Shown: piece by piece, positions 53,207 through 62,860 of the stretch
Layout: each line of letters starts with the position of its first letter
How positions within the stretch are numbered: the stretch's first letter is position 1
From: Melioribacteraceae bacterium
Lineage (GTDB): Bacteria; Bacteroidota; Ignavibacteria; Ignavibacteriales; Melioribacteraceae
DNA length: 64,000 nucleotides
Direction of reading: 5' to 3'
Assembly: GCA_022181065.1 (NCBI GenBank)
Contig: BQMY01000080.1
Location: 22,849 to 86,848, forward strand
Made by a program: the position numbers and the translations under genes
Notes under the pieces: model-generated
Seen by the model: the letters and a program-made list of their open reading frames with translations, nothing else
Databases searched by the model: none
Told to the model about the DNA's origin: nothing

Positions 53207-54256
53207 ATGCAAAAAATTAAACTCGCTGGTCTTTTGCTTTTACTCTTTCTGGTTGTCGGATGTGAAAGATCAGTTGATGAGAAAGAGCTGATCTCCTTCA
53301 CCGGCTCAACTATGGGTACAACCTATTCAGTTAAATTTACGGTTAACACAGATTTGAGCTTCAACACTTCATTCGTCAAAGGTAATGTAGATTCAGTGCT
53401 TGCAGAAGTTAATCGCCAGATGTCAACTTACATTCCAGATAGTGAAATAAGCACGTTCAATTCCAGCAGAGATACCGGATGGTTTAACATTTCAGCAGAT
53501 TTTGCCAGAGTCCTGACCGCGGCAAATGAGGTATCGAAACAATCAGGTGGCGCGTTTGATATTACTGTGAGCCCATTGATAAATCTGTGGGGGTTCGGAC
53601 CACAGATTCATGAAAACGAGATCCCTTCTGATGCGGATATTCTCGAATCCAAAAAATTTGTGGGGTACTGGAATTTAGAAGTGGATACAGTAAATAACAG
53701 AATTAAAAAATCAATTCCCGAACTGACAATTGATCTCTCGGCTATCGCGAAAGGTTACGGTGTCGATAAAGTAGCTGAATATCTCGAAGATAGAGGTTTC
53801 AAAAATTATATGGTTGAAATTGGCGGAGAGGTTAGAACGAAAGGTCATCCTGCCACAGCTTCGGAATGGAAAATCGGGATTTCAACTCCCGACAATAACT
53901 TCGGAATCCAAAGCGTATTGCATCTGAACGATATATCTGTCGCTACCTCCGGTGATTACAGAAACTACTTCGAGAAAGATGGTGTGAGATATTCGCACAC
54001 AATCGACCCGAACACCGGAAAGCCGATCACACATAATCTTGCTTCCGTAAGTGTTATTCATCCTTCTTGCATGTACGCAGACGCATACGCAACCGCTATG
54101 AGCGTTATGGGCGCAGATAAAGCTATGGAATTCGCGGAAAAAAGCAGACTTGATATTTACCTTCTCAAAAAAGAAGCAGAGGAGTTTGTTGAAGGTCAAA
54201 CCAGAGGTATGGATAAATACCTTGTGATTTATGAAAACGGAGAAGAAAAAAAGTGA
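53207..54256 (+). CDS. apbE: FAD:protein FMN transferase (ApbE family) lipoprotein
   Basis: Lipobox LVVGC and the motifs MGTTYSV, DLSAIAKGYGVD and ATSGDYRNYFE..G..YSHTIDP.TG.P. I prefer ATG at 53207. Confidence 0.88.
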   Translation: MQKIKLAGLLLLLFLVVGCERSVDEKELISFTGSTMGTTYSVKFTVNTDLSFNTSFVKGNVDSVLAEVNRQMSTYIPDSEISTFNSSRDTGWFNISADFARVLTAANEVSKQSGGAFDITVSPLINLWGFGPQIHENEIPSDADILESKKFVGYWNLEVDTVNNRIKKSIPELTIDLSAIAKGYGVDKVAEYLEDRGFKNYMVEIGGEVRTKGHPATASEWKIGISTPDNNFGIQSVLHLNDISVATSGDYRNYFEKDGVRYSHTIDPNTGKPITHNLASVSVIHPSCMYADAYATAMSVMGADKAMEFAEKSRLDIYLLKKEAEEFVEGQTRGMDKYLVIYENGEEKK

Positions 54257-54861
54257 GAAAATATTCTGTAATAGTTTTTGATTTGGGCAACGTGCTGATA
54301 CCTTTCGATCACGGCATTATTGTGAACAAGTTAAATGATATCGAAGCAGGACTTGGAACAAATTTTTACAATCTTTACAAAGAGAACTATGATGTTCACC
54401 AAAAATATGAACGATGGGAATTAAACGAATCGGAGTTTCTGGCTTATATGATGGAATGGACCAAACACAAAGTTACACCGGAAGAATTCTGCCATATTTT
54501 CTCTGATATATTTGTAGTGAATGAAGATGTAGCCGCTCTTTTGCCGAAACTGAAAGAAAAGTACAAGCTGATTCTTCTCTCAAATACTAATTATATTCAT
54601 CAAAAATACGGATGGGAGAATTACGAATTCCTGAATCATTTTGATAAACTTGTATTATCGCATGAGGTTGGAGCCATAAAACCCGAACCGGATATCTATC
54701 GAGCGGTTCAGATTTTTTCCGGAATGCCCCCTGAAGAACATATATTTATTGATGATGTTGCGGATTATGTTCAGGGCGCAAAAGATATGGGTTGGGACGC
54801 TGTTCAATTCACAGGGTATGATAAATTGGTAGCTGACTTTAAGGAAAGAAACATATTGTAA
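54253..54861 (+). CDS. HAD-superfamily hydrolase (subfamily IA-like)
   Basis: VFDLGNVL motif I, LLSNTN motif II and FIDDV motif IV. GTG start in a GTGA overlap with the apbE stop. Confidence 0.7.
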   Translation: MRKYSVIVFDLGNVLIPFDHGIIVNKLNDIEAGLGTNFYNLYKENYDVHQKYERWELNESEFLAYMMEWTKHKVTPEEFCHIFSDIFVVNEDVAALLPKLKEKYKLILLSNTNYIHQKYGWENYEFLNHFDKLVLSHEVGAIKPEPDIYRAVQIFSGMPPEEHIFIDDVADYVQGAKDMGWDAVQFTGYDKLVADFKERNIL

Positions 54862-54890
54862 AAAACCCGAAGCATTTTACTTCGGGTTTA
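54862..54890. terminator. terminator hairpin (T-run stronger on the minus reading)
   Basis: aaacccgaag-catttta-cttcgggttt with an A-run before it and a weak T tail after it. Confidence 0.55.
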
Positions 54891-54972
54891 CAATTATCAT
54901 CGTATTTCTAATCATGAAACAACGTTAATTCAATAAATTTCTTGTACCAGCTTGAATTTGATTAACTTTAAA

Positions 54973-55203
54973 TTAATCTATCAAGTTTTGCAACGCGTTT
55001 GTGAGCCTATATAAATCCTCTGCAGATCTGGCGATTTGATTCACGCCTTCGGCGCTCTGTTGAGATACACTATTAATCATTTCAACGCTTTTGCTTATCT
55101 CCTCAATGGAAGATGATTGCTCTTCACTGGCAGTAGCGATCTGTACAATCATATCATCCACCTTTTGAGATGAAGTAACAATTGCTTTTAGAGCATTGCC
55201 AGC
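54973..55203 (-). pseudogene. relic of a methyl-accepting chemotaxis protein gene (C-terminal ~76 codons only)
   Basis: The frame is open only from 55203. It reads AGNALKAIVTSSQKVDDMIVQIATASEEQSSSIEEISKSVEMINSVSQQSAEGVNQIARSAEDLYRLTNALQNLID. This is the distal arm of the MCP signalling domain, without the LALNAAIEAARAGE tip, HAMP, TM or sensor parts. An in-frame TAA lies at 55204-55206. Confidence 0.6.
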
Positions 55204-55388
55204 TTAACCGGCAGAATTTTTTCCTGTTTAACTATTAACCATTATTTCTTCATCCAATACACACAAATTCTAATCGAAAAAATTAGTCCGAAATTTAGCT
55301 ATATAGAATAGAATGACCCTGTTAAGGTAAATCGTTACATTTAATCTGTGTGGCATTTTAGTTATATTGGGTTTTATTTTTACAGGAT

Positions 55389-56612
55389 ATGAAGTTGAAA
55401 AAACCGGAATTACTCGCTCCGGCGGGAAATAAAACAAACCTTATTGCGGCTATAAAAAACGGTGCCGATGCAGTCTATTTTGGTGTGGAAAACCTTAATA
55501 TGCGAGCCGCGGCAAAAAACTTTAACACAGATGAACTTCCCGAGCTTGTGGCTTATTGCAAGGAACATGAGGTTGATACTCATCTGACCATGAATACCAT
55601 TGTTTATGAAAACGAGCTCGATGAAATAGATAAAATACTTACAGCCGCTAAAGCTGCCGGGATTGATATGATAATCTGCTGGGATATGGCTGTGATTCAG
55701 AGAGTAAGGGAATATGAAATTCCGTTTTGCATCAGTACTCAGGCATCCATCTCTAACAGCGCGGCGGCACAGTTCTACAAAGACCTTGGCGCGAAAAGAA
55801 TTGTTCTTGCCCGTGAGTGCACGCTTGATCAAATCAAGGAAATTAAAAGTAAAGTTGATATTGAAATTGAAGCTTTCGTTCATGGTGCTATGTGCGTTGC
55901 TATTAGCGGCAGATGTTTTATGAGTCATGAAGTCTTTAATCGTTCTGCTAACAGGGGTGATTGTCTCCAGCCCTGCAGGAGGGAATTCAAAATTTACGAT
56001 ACCCACAACGAAGCTGAATATCTGCTCGGCGAAGATTATGTATTATCTCCTAAAGACCTTTACGCAATGCCCTTCATCGATCAACTGATAGAAGCGGGAA
56101 TAGATTCTTTCAAAATTGAAGGAAGGAAAAGGAGTCCGGAATATATCTCAAAAGTAATTCGCTCCTACCGCGAAGCGATTGATCTCTATTTCATAAATGA
56201 ACTTACAGATGAGAAAAAGGCGGGTTACGAGGAAGAACTTAAAAAAGTATATAACCGCGGATTTTCACCCGGGTTTTATTTCAACACCCAAAATGAAGAC
56301 CAATACGCGGGGATATATGGCTCAAAAGCAACTACCCGAAAAACATATGCCGGCAAAGTGATAAATTTCTTCAAACAGTCCTCTATCGCCCATGTAAAAC
56401 TTGAAGCAGCCGGAATCACAAAAGAGGATGAATTATACATTATCGGGAACGCTACCGGTATCATAGAACTGAAGCTGTCTGATCTCTTTGTCAACGATGT
56501 TAGAGGTAACTCTGCTAATAAAGGTGACGAAATTACTTTCCCGGTACCTGATCGTGTTAGACCGGGAGATAAACTTTATAAAGTTGTTCAGGCGGAACAA
56601 AATGAAAAGTAA
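55389..56612 (+). CDS. peptidase U32 family protein
   Basis: KPELLAPAGN...AI.NGADAVYFG N-terminus, an E..VHGAMC...GRC cysteine-rich motif and FKIEGR. Confidence 0.85.
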   Translation: MKLKKPELLAPAGNKTNLIAAIKNGADAVYFGVENLNMRAAAKNFNTDELPELVAYCKEHEVDTHLTMNTIVYENELDEIDKILTAAKAAGIDMIICWDMAVIQRVREYEIPFCISTQASISNSAAAQFYKDLGAKRIVLARECTLDQIKEIKSKVDIEIEAFVHGAMCVAISGRCFMSHEVFNRSANRGDCLQPCRREFKIYDTHNEAEYLLGEDYVLSPKDLYAMPFIDQLIEAGIDSFKIEGRKRSPEYISKVIRSYREAIDLYFINELTDEKKAGYEEELKKVYNRGFSPGFYFNTQNEDQYAGIYGSKATTRKTYAGKVINFFKQSSIAHVKLEAAGITKEDELYIIGNATGIIELKLSDLFVNDVRGNSANKGDEITFPVPDRVRPGDKLYKVVQAEQNEK

Positions 56613-58398
56613 AATATTTTTTCTGATAATTCTCGCAGGTTTTTTAATGGCGCAACCTAATGAAAATTTCACACCTGATTGGGCACGAAAGGCGATTTGG
56701 TACCAGATTTTCCCTGAAAGATTCAGGAATGGAGACAATAACAATAATCCAGTGCTTGCCGATATTAAAAACTCTTATCCACACGATAATGAATCCCCCT
56801 GGCAGGTACATCCGTGGAATTCCGACTGGTACAAACTTCAGCCATTGGAAAAAGAGACCGGAAAGGATATCTGGTTTAATCTTCAGCGCCGACGTTACGG
56901 TGGCGACCTTCAGGGAATTATAGATAAACTGGATTATATTCAGGAACTTGGTGTTACCGCTTTATATCTCAATCCGGTATTTCAGTCTCCTTCTCTCCAC
57001 AAATATGATGGCGCGACTTATCATCATGTTGATCCTAACTTCGGACCTGATCCTGAAGGTGATAAAAAACTTATCGCAAAAGAGAAGCTGAACGACCCGT
57101 CAACATGGGTTTGGACCTCAGCGGATAAACTGTTTCTGCATCTTGTCAAAGAAATTCACAAACGTGATATGCGTATTATCATTGATGGTGTGTTTAACCA
57201 TATGGGGCTTAATTCACCTGCCTTTATTGATGTGCAGAAAAACCAGGAAAAATCGGAATACGCGGACTGGTTCAAAATTATTTCTTTTAAGACCGATACA
57301 ACTGAGTTTGAATACAGCGGCTGGTATGGTGTTCGCGAACTTCCTGAGCTTAACCAGGATGAAAACGGTATTACCGAAAAGCCGAAAAAATACATATTCG
57401 ATATTACCAAACGTTGGATGGACCCGAACGGTGACGGTTCACTTGAGGATGGAATTGACGGCTGGCGCCTGGATGTAGCGTTTATGGTCAAACATAATTT
57501 CTGGAAGGATTGGCGTACGCAAGTAAAAAACGTTAACCCTGAAGCGTATATCACAGCTGAAATAATCGAAACCGTGGATTACAACAAACCTTACCTTGAA
57601 GGTGATGAGTTCGACGCGGTAATGAATTATAATTTTGCCTTTGCTTCGGAAGAATTTTTTATCAACAAGGGTGATAAAACTATTACCGCAAAAGAATTTG
57701 ATAAAAAATTGCGCGATTTAAGAAACGCGTATCCCGAATGTGTAGCGTACGTTCAGCAAAACCTGTACGACAGTCATGATACTAACAGACTCCTCTCACA
57801 CATTAAAAATCCGGATGTTGGGCGTTATCGCGATTGGGGGAATTATTATAATCAATCACGAGGAACTAATCCGGAATACAATACTACAGCACCCGGAGAA
57901 AGAGAATTTCAGATTCAAAAGCTGATGGTACTTTTTCAAATGGCTTACCTCGGCGCGCCTATGGTTTATTACGGTGACGAGATAGGGATGTGGGGAGCGA
58001 ACGATCCTTGCTGCCGGAAACCGATGATCTGGGATGATATCACATATGAAGATGAGATTTACAATCCTGATCAGACTACACACACTCCCGACGAGGTAAA
58101 ACAGAACCCGGAAATATTCAACTGGTATAAAAAGCTGATATCTATCAGAAAAGATAATTTACCATTACAGCTTGGTGATTTTAATACAATTTATGCTGAA
58201 GAGGATGGAATTTACATCTTTACGCGAACATATCAAGGTGAAACAATTCTTGTTGCCATCAACAATAATGATGATGAAAAAGAAATAACCAACAATATTT
58301 TTACCGGAAAGATGAAAGATTTGATTTTGGGTGAAAAGATAGTTTTTGAAGGTTCGCTAAATATTCCCGCGAAATCGGGAAAAATATTCGCGTTGTAG
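56602..58398 (+). CDS. GH13 alpha-amylase-family glycosidase (secreted)
   Basis: I prefer ATG at 56602 (MKSKIFFLIILAGFLMAQ), which overlaps the U32 stop by 11 nt. GH13 regions are DGVFNHMG, DGWRLDVA, ITAEII and LYDSHDTNR. Confidence 0.85.
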   Translation: MKSKIFFLIILAGFLMAQPNENFTPDWARKAIWYQIFPERFRNGDNNNNPVLADIKNSYPHDNESPWQVHPWNSDWYKLQPLEKETGKDIWFNLQRRRYGGDLQGIIDKLDYIQELGVTALYLNPVFQSPSLHKYDGATYHHVDPNFGPDPEGDKKLIAKEKLNDPSTWVWTSADKLFLHLVKEIHKRDMRIIIDGVFNHMGLNSPAFIDVQKNQEKSEYADWFKIISFKTDTTEFEYSGWYGVRELPELNQDENGITEKPKKYIFDITKRWMDPNGDGSLEDGIDGWRLDVAFMVKHNFWKDWRTQVKNVNPEAYITAEIIETVDYNKPYLEGDEFDAVMNYNFAFASEEFFINKGDKTITAKEFDKKLRDLRNAYPECVAYVQQNLYDSHDTNRLLSHIKNPDVGRYRDWGNYYNQSRGTNPEYNTTAPGEREFQIQKLMVLFQMAYLGAPMVYYGDEIGMWGANDPCCRKPMIWDDITYEDEIYNPDQTTHTPDEVKQNPEIFNWYKKLISIRKDNLPLQLGDFNTIYAEEDGIYIFTRTYQGETILVAINNNDDEKEITNNIFTGKMKDLILGEKIVFEGSLNIPAKSGKIFAL

Positions 58399-58403
58399 AA
58401 AAT

Positions 58404-59666
58404 ATGAAAAAAGTACTCTTTCTTTCGTTTTACTGGCCGCCTTCGGGTAAAGCGTCGATTCACTGGCCGATAAAGATGATCAAATATCTCCCTGAATTTG
58501 GCTGGGAACCATCTGTGCTTACTGTCAAGGAGGATACATTCTCTGCCCCTGATGAGAGTTTGTTCAAGGATATAAATCCCGGACTCAATGTTTACAAAAC
58601 CGGGTTTTGGGATCCTTTCGTTATTTACAAAAAGCTGCTTGGTAAATCGAAAGATAGTTCACTTTCCGCATCCGAAGCAATGAGCACCGAAAACAAAGGA
58701 CTGATGCACCGCCTGTCGCTTTGGGTCAGACTCAATTTATTCATCCCTGACGCGCGTGTTGGTTGGATAACTCCCGGCTTTCGTGACGCTAAAAAACTCC
58801 TGAAAAACGAAAAGTTTGATCTAATTATCAGTAACGGTCCACCTCACTCGACACACCTGCTCGCGCTAAAATTAAAGGAATATTTTAACATCCCGCTTGT
58901 ATCCGTGTTCATCGATCCATGGGTTGACATCTCCTATTATAAAGGTCTGAAAAGAAGTAAAAGAGTACTAAAAAAAGATAACGCGCTTGAGAAAAAAGTG
59001 ATTGAAAACTCCGATGAACTTGTTTTTGTCACCGAAGGATTAATTGAATATTTCGAAAATAAATATCCATCTATAAAAGGAAAAACCAATCTGCTGCATT
59101 GGGGTTACAATGAAGAAAATTTTGAGGATGTCGCCGACTTCAAAAAAGAAAATCGCGATTACAAAATCCTGCTCCATGCAGGGAATATATTCGATCATCA
59201 AAACCCTAAAAAACTATGGGGAACTCTCCGTCGAGAAATAGATAACGGTACAAAACTGATAATCAGGTTTATCGGAACTGTAAGTCCGGGTGTAAGGAAA
59301 TCTGTTACGGAAAACGGTCTCGATGAAGTTACAGAGTACAAAGGATTCCTGCCCTACAACGATATGCTCAGGGAAATGTTAAACGCCGATTATCTGCTCG
59401 TTTGCGCTACCGAACCCCGACACGTACCGGGTAAGCTCTTTGAATATATGCGTACAGGCAACAGAGTACTGGCGTTTGGAGATGATAACCGCGAGGTAAA
59501 AAAAATACTTACTGAATCTGGCGCAGGCAACTTGTACAGTTATAATTCCGATGCCGCCGGATTTTTTGGTGAAATCGGGTCGGTAACTCCCAACATGGAT
59601 GCAATCACGCAGTATGACCGCAAGGTAATCGCAGAGAAGTTGGGGGGAATATTAAATAATACATAA
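58404..59666 (+). CDS. glycosyltransferase (GT-B, GT4-like)
   Basis: 420 aa with a KVLFLSFYWPPSG N-terminus. The C-terminal half has an E(x7)E-like region (LFEYMRTGNRVLAFGD). Family-level recognition only. Confidence 0.55.
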   Translation: MKKVLFLSFYWPPSGKASIHWPIKMIKYLPEFGWEPSVLTVKEDTFSAPDESLFKDINPGLNVYKTGFWDPFVIYKKLLGKSKDSSLSASEAMSTENKGLMHRLSLWVRLNLFIPDARVGWITPGFRDAKKLLKNEKFDLIISNGPPHSTHLLALKLKEYFNIPLVSVFIDPWVDISYYKGLKRSKRVLKKDNALEKKVIENSDELVFVTEGLIEYFENKYPSIKGKTNLLHWGYNEENFEDVADFKKENRDYKILLHAGNIFDHQNPKKLWGTLRREIDNGTKLIIRFIGTVSPGVRKSVTENGLDEVTEYKGFLPYNDMLREMLNADYLLVCATEPRHVPGKLFEYMRTGNRVLAFGDDNREVKKILTESGAGNLYSYNSDAAGFFGEIGSVTPNMDAITQYDRKVIAEKLGGILNNT

Positions 59667-59682
59667 TAATTAATGTTTTCTA

Positions 59683-59859
59683 TTACAACGCCAAAAACGA
59701 AAACAGCATTACCAATAGTATCAGTATTACTATCGTTACGAATATCCACCAGTCCCTGTTATTTTCAAAATCTTTGGGGTATTTTCCAAAAGTAAAAAAT
59801 TTCACCAGATGATAAACAACCGGTGAAATAATATCCAAAACAATATCGATTATCCACAT
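59683..59859 (-). CDS. possible 58-aa membrane peptide (below ORF-track length cutoff)
   Basis: The reverse complement from ATG 59859 reads MWIIDIVLDIISPVVYHLVKFFTFGKYPKDFENNRDWWIFVTIVILILLVMLFSFLAL*, with a C-terminal TM segment. No clear SD is present. Confidence 0.25.
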   Translation of the reverse strand: MWIIDIVLDIISPVVYHLVKFFTFGKYPKDFENNRDWWIFVTIVILILLVMLFSFLAL

Positions 59860-59960
59860 ATTAACATTGTGCTAAACCTTAATAACAATGCATTGTATTA
59901 GTTCGTTACTCTATTTTGATTTCCTGCAATAAAACTGTTATTCCTTTTTCTGCTTTTTTA

Positions 59961-61352
59961 TTAAAGCTCGTAATGAATCAATAATGATGTACTCATCCCT
60001 GCGGGAGCGAGATATTTTACGTTTAATTCTATAAAATCAAGAAAACGTAAACTTGCCCATGCACCCGGCTGAAATAATATGGATGATTCATTTATTGTTG
60101 AGGTGTGTTCATCATAAACAGTTATAGTTTTTGTTGGGAAAATCTTTGATAAAGTTCGCTGATAATATTGTTCATATTCATATGAGATATAATGAACATC
60201 CAGACTCAAACCAATATCAATGATTCTATCCTGAGAAAACAATGGTGTGGCAAAGCCGATAAAATATCCTGAAACACTAACTTCCTTATTTTCTGTTAAA
60301 TCATAGCTATCTGTGTCATAGGAGTCATAAAAATACTCGGAGTAATCTACACCATAAGGAAGATCATTTGTAAAAACCCTTTCCTCATTAATTTCTGATT
60401 TGAAGCCCTGAATTATTCCCGAACAAATATCAAGATAAGAAAAGGTTCCTTTCTTTTCCTTTATGGGCACTCGCATTCCCAATCCCAGACTGATTGAGTA
60501 GGTAAGATCAAAAGTTTTTTCATTTGTTAGAGAACCCATTTCACCTCTGTATTCAACAAGTGTTTCGATTACTTCGCTAATTTTGTTGTTAAACGCATAA
60601 AATGTACCTACAGCAAATACGCTGATGTTTTCACTCAATTTTGTATTACCGGCAATTCGCATTAACTCAAACAAATTTTTATTAGTTTTTATTCCACCGG
60701 TTTCGATATCACTACCTTTAACGATGTAAAGATGTGACACTAATAATCTTTCTAATTCCTGCGCCATAGATTTATCTACCTCATCTCCCTTTTCAGAAAG
60801 ACGATTTATATGGTCCACCTTTGATTTTAAGTTTTGAGCATATTTGGAGGCAAAGTTCACTTCGGGAGTATATTTTAGAGCAGAATCCTTGGTTATAAGT
60901 TTCAAAGCATAGTAATATAGTTTGTTTTCCTCCAATTTTTGACCATGATAACTATGTTCTGCAATTTTAGCATCTGTTTTTAGTTTATTGATTAGCTCCA
61001 CGCCATAAATATTATATTCTCCCTGGCTATATTTTAACAATTCAGCTCCTGCAGCATCAATAAAATCATTCCTTTTTTTTCTTTCCGATTCAAGTTTTTT
61101 ATTGAAAGTAGAAAAAAAGTTTTCGTCAGGATTTTCAATTTTTTCATCAAACTTTGCGACCAGATATTCAAGATAGTATCCTGCCAAAAGCGGATTTACT
61201 CTCTCACAAGCTTCAAGATTTACTTTCAATTGAGTTTCAAGCATGCTGCTTTCATTGTTCAAAGACTTTGGTAAATCTTGTTGAAAAATACTCGAATAAT
61301 CCTGTGCGTAAATTAAACCGGTTATGGTCATTAGCATTAGCCATTTATACAT
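59961..61352 (-). CDS. hypothetical secreted protein, paralog 2 of a tandem pair
   Basis: 463 aa with a signal peptide (..TGLIYAQ). It is homologous along its length to the upstream 448-aa ORF. No family recognised. Confidence 0.7.
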   Translation of the reverse strand: MYKWLMLMTITGLIYAQDYSSIFQQDLPKSLNNESSMLETQLKVNLEACERVNPLLAGYYLEYLVAKFDEKIENPDENFFSTFNKKLESERKKRNDFIDAAGAELLKYSQGEYNIYGVELINKLKTDAKIAEHSYHGQKLEENKLYYYALKLITKDSALKYTPEVNFASKYAQNLKSKVDHINRLSEKGDEVDKSMAQELERLLVSHLYIVKGSDIETGGIKTNKNLFELMRIAGNTKLSENISVFAVGTFYAFNNKISEVIETLVEYRGEMGSLTNEKTFDLTYSISLGLGMRVPIKEKKGTFSYLDICSGIIQGFKSEINEERVFTNDLPYGVDYSEYFYDSYDTDSYDLTENKEVSVSGYFIGFATPLFSQDRIIDIGLSLDVHYISYEYEQYYQRTLSKIFPTKTITVYDEHTSTINESSILFQPGAWASLRFLDFIELNVKYLAPAGMSTSLLIHYEL

Positions 61353-61360
61353 TTTTCCTC

Positions 61361-62707
61361 TTAAAATTCTCTAAGTAAATTAAAAGTTACATAGCCGTTT
61401 GTAACACCTTTGAGACGGCAATAATATTGCTGCCAAATCTTAAAATCGATCCACATTCCGGGCAGAACAGAAATATCTGTATTTGAATCGGTTCTTACGA
61501 TATTCTCTTTTTTCGTAAAATTGTAGAGTTCACTTTCAATATTCATATACGCGACTAATAAATCAACTTCAATACCCCAGACAAAATCTTCACCGGTTCT
61601 GAATACCGGAGTACCAACTGAAATATTACCCAGAATAAAAAATGATGAAATGTTACTAAGGTAATTGTGCACTAAACCGGCATCGTAATCTTTTATATTT
61701 TCAGTAAGAATACGCTCTGCGGAATAATCGCCAACACTATTTCTAACCAAATTTTCGAAAGAATAGGCACCACCTACATTAATATCGAGATAGCTAAGGT
61801 ATGTTTTGTTCTCAAACAGATTTATTTGTCTGCCCAAACTGAGAGCAACAAGCGAATTGGTACCAAATGTAAATTCAACATCCTCCGTAACAAGCGGACT
61901 AAATGAAAGAATTTTATAAAAAAGATTGTAGGTTATATCGGGGAATTCAACAGAGTATCCAAGAGTAACATAAAAATCTTTACTTTCAGAACTTTGTTTA
62001 GTGATTAGTATTTCCGCAATTTCAACTACGGTATATTTGCTTTTCATTCCCTGATAAGCTTCATTGAGGTCCGAAAACAACCACAAATTATTATTAACAG
62101 TTTCAATGATAAAATTTTCATCTTCAATGATTTCAGTCTCTAGTGAAAATTCAACTTTTGAAATCAAACTTTTGGCGGCTTTTCCGTAGAGTTCACTATA
62201 ATCAACTGACGAATCATAGTATGTTAATTCGTCTCCGGCTAATATTTTGTATGAATAGTAGAAAAGTTTATTTTGATCAAACTGATAATCAACACGCTCT
62301 AAATTACCTTCATTTTCCTGAGTTATTTTCCATTCATCAATCACATCAGAAAATTGTCCTTTCATGTTCCAAAAATCTGGCTTTGATGCCAAGTATTTTT
62401 GTTGCGCCTGTTCAAGATATTTATTTCGATTATTGATTGCATTCGCTACATAACGTCTGTAAACATTTTGCAAATTCTTATCGGCATCAACAACATTATT
62501 TTCGAATCGTAAATTTAGATGTTCAAGATATAAGTAAATAGTTTCAGCACCAAGGACACTATTCCGTTTAAGGTGTCTTTCTACAGTAGTTTCCAACAAC
62601 TGTTTGTTTGCATTAATAACTTCAGGTATTTCAGAATTGAAAAGTTCTGAAAAATTTTGACCGAAGATGGTCAAGGAAACCAAAATTAATAGACTAAATG
62701 TCTTCAT
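61361..62707 (-). CDS. hypothetical secreted protein, paralog 1 of a tandem pair
   Basis: 448 aa with a signal peptide (..LTIFGQ). The C-terminus ends ..TFNLLREF. An 8-nt gap separates it from the next gene. Confidence 0.7.
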   Translation of the reverse strand: MKTFSLLILVSLTIFGQNFSELFNSEIPEVINANKQLLETTVERHLKRNSVLGAETIYLYLEHLNLRFENNVVDADKNLQNVYRRYVANAINNRNKYLEQAQQKYLASKPDFWNMKGQFSDVIDEWKITQENEGNLERVDYQFDQNKLFYYSYKILAGDELTYYDSSVDYSELYGKAAKSLISKVEFSLETEIIEDENFIIETVNNNLWLFSDLNEAYQGMKSKYTVVEIAEILITKQSSESKDFYVTLGYSVEFPDITYNLFYKILSFSPLVTEDVEFTFGTNSLVALSLGRQINLFENKTYLSYLDINVGGAYSFENLVRNSVGDYSAERILTENIKDYDAGLVHNYLSNISSFFILGNISVGTPVFRTGEDFVWGIEVDLLVAYMNIESELYNFTKKENIVRTDSNTDISVLPGMWIDFKIWQQYYCRLKGVTNGYVTFNLLREF

Positions 62708-62805
62708 AACCCTCTCTATGTAATTATAATTATACCCTTTTGTATTATTAAATATAAATAGTATAAATTATATTTCAAATAATTATTGAAAAAAAATCAT
62801 CTTTA

Positions 62806-62840
62806 AAACAAAAAAGGACAGGCAAAATCCTGTCCTTTTA
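62806..62840 (-). terminator. rho-independent terminator of the OPT transporter gene
   Basis: ggacagg-caaaat-cctgtcc. The minus-strand reading is followed by tttttt. Confidence 0.8.
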
Positions 62841-62860
62841 AGAAATCTATGTTTTAAAGA

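Noticed and set aside
56488-56601. Upstream extension of the second GH13 ORF
   Set aside because: The extension lies inside the U32 gene in another frame. MKSKIFFLIILAGFLMAQ at 56602 is a proper signal peptide start.
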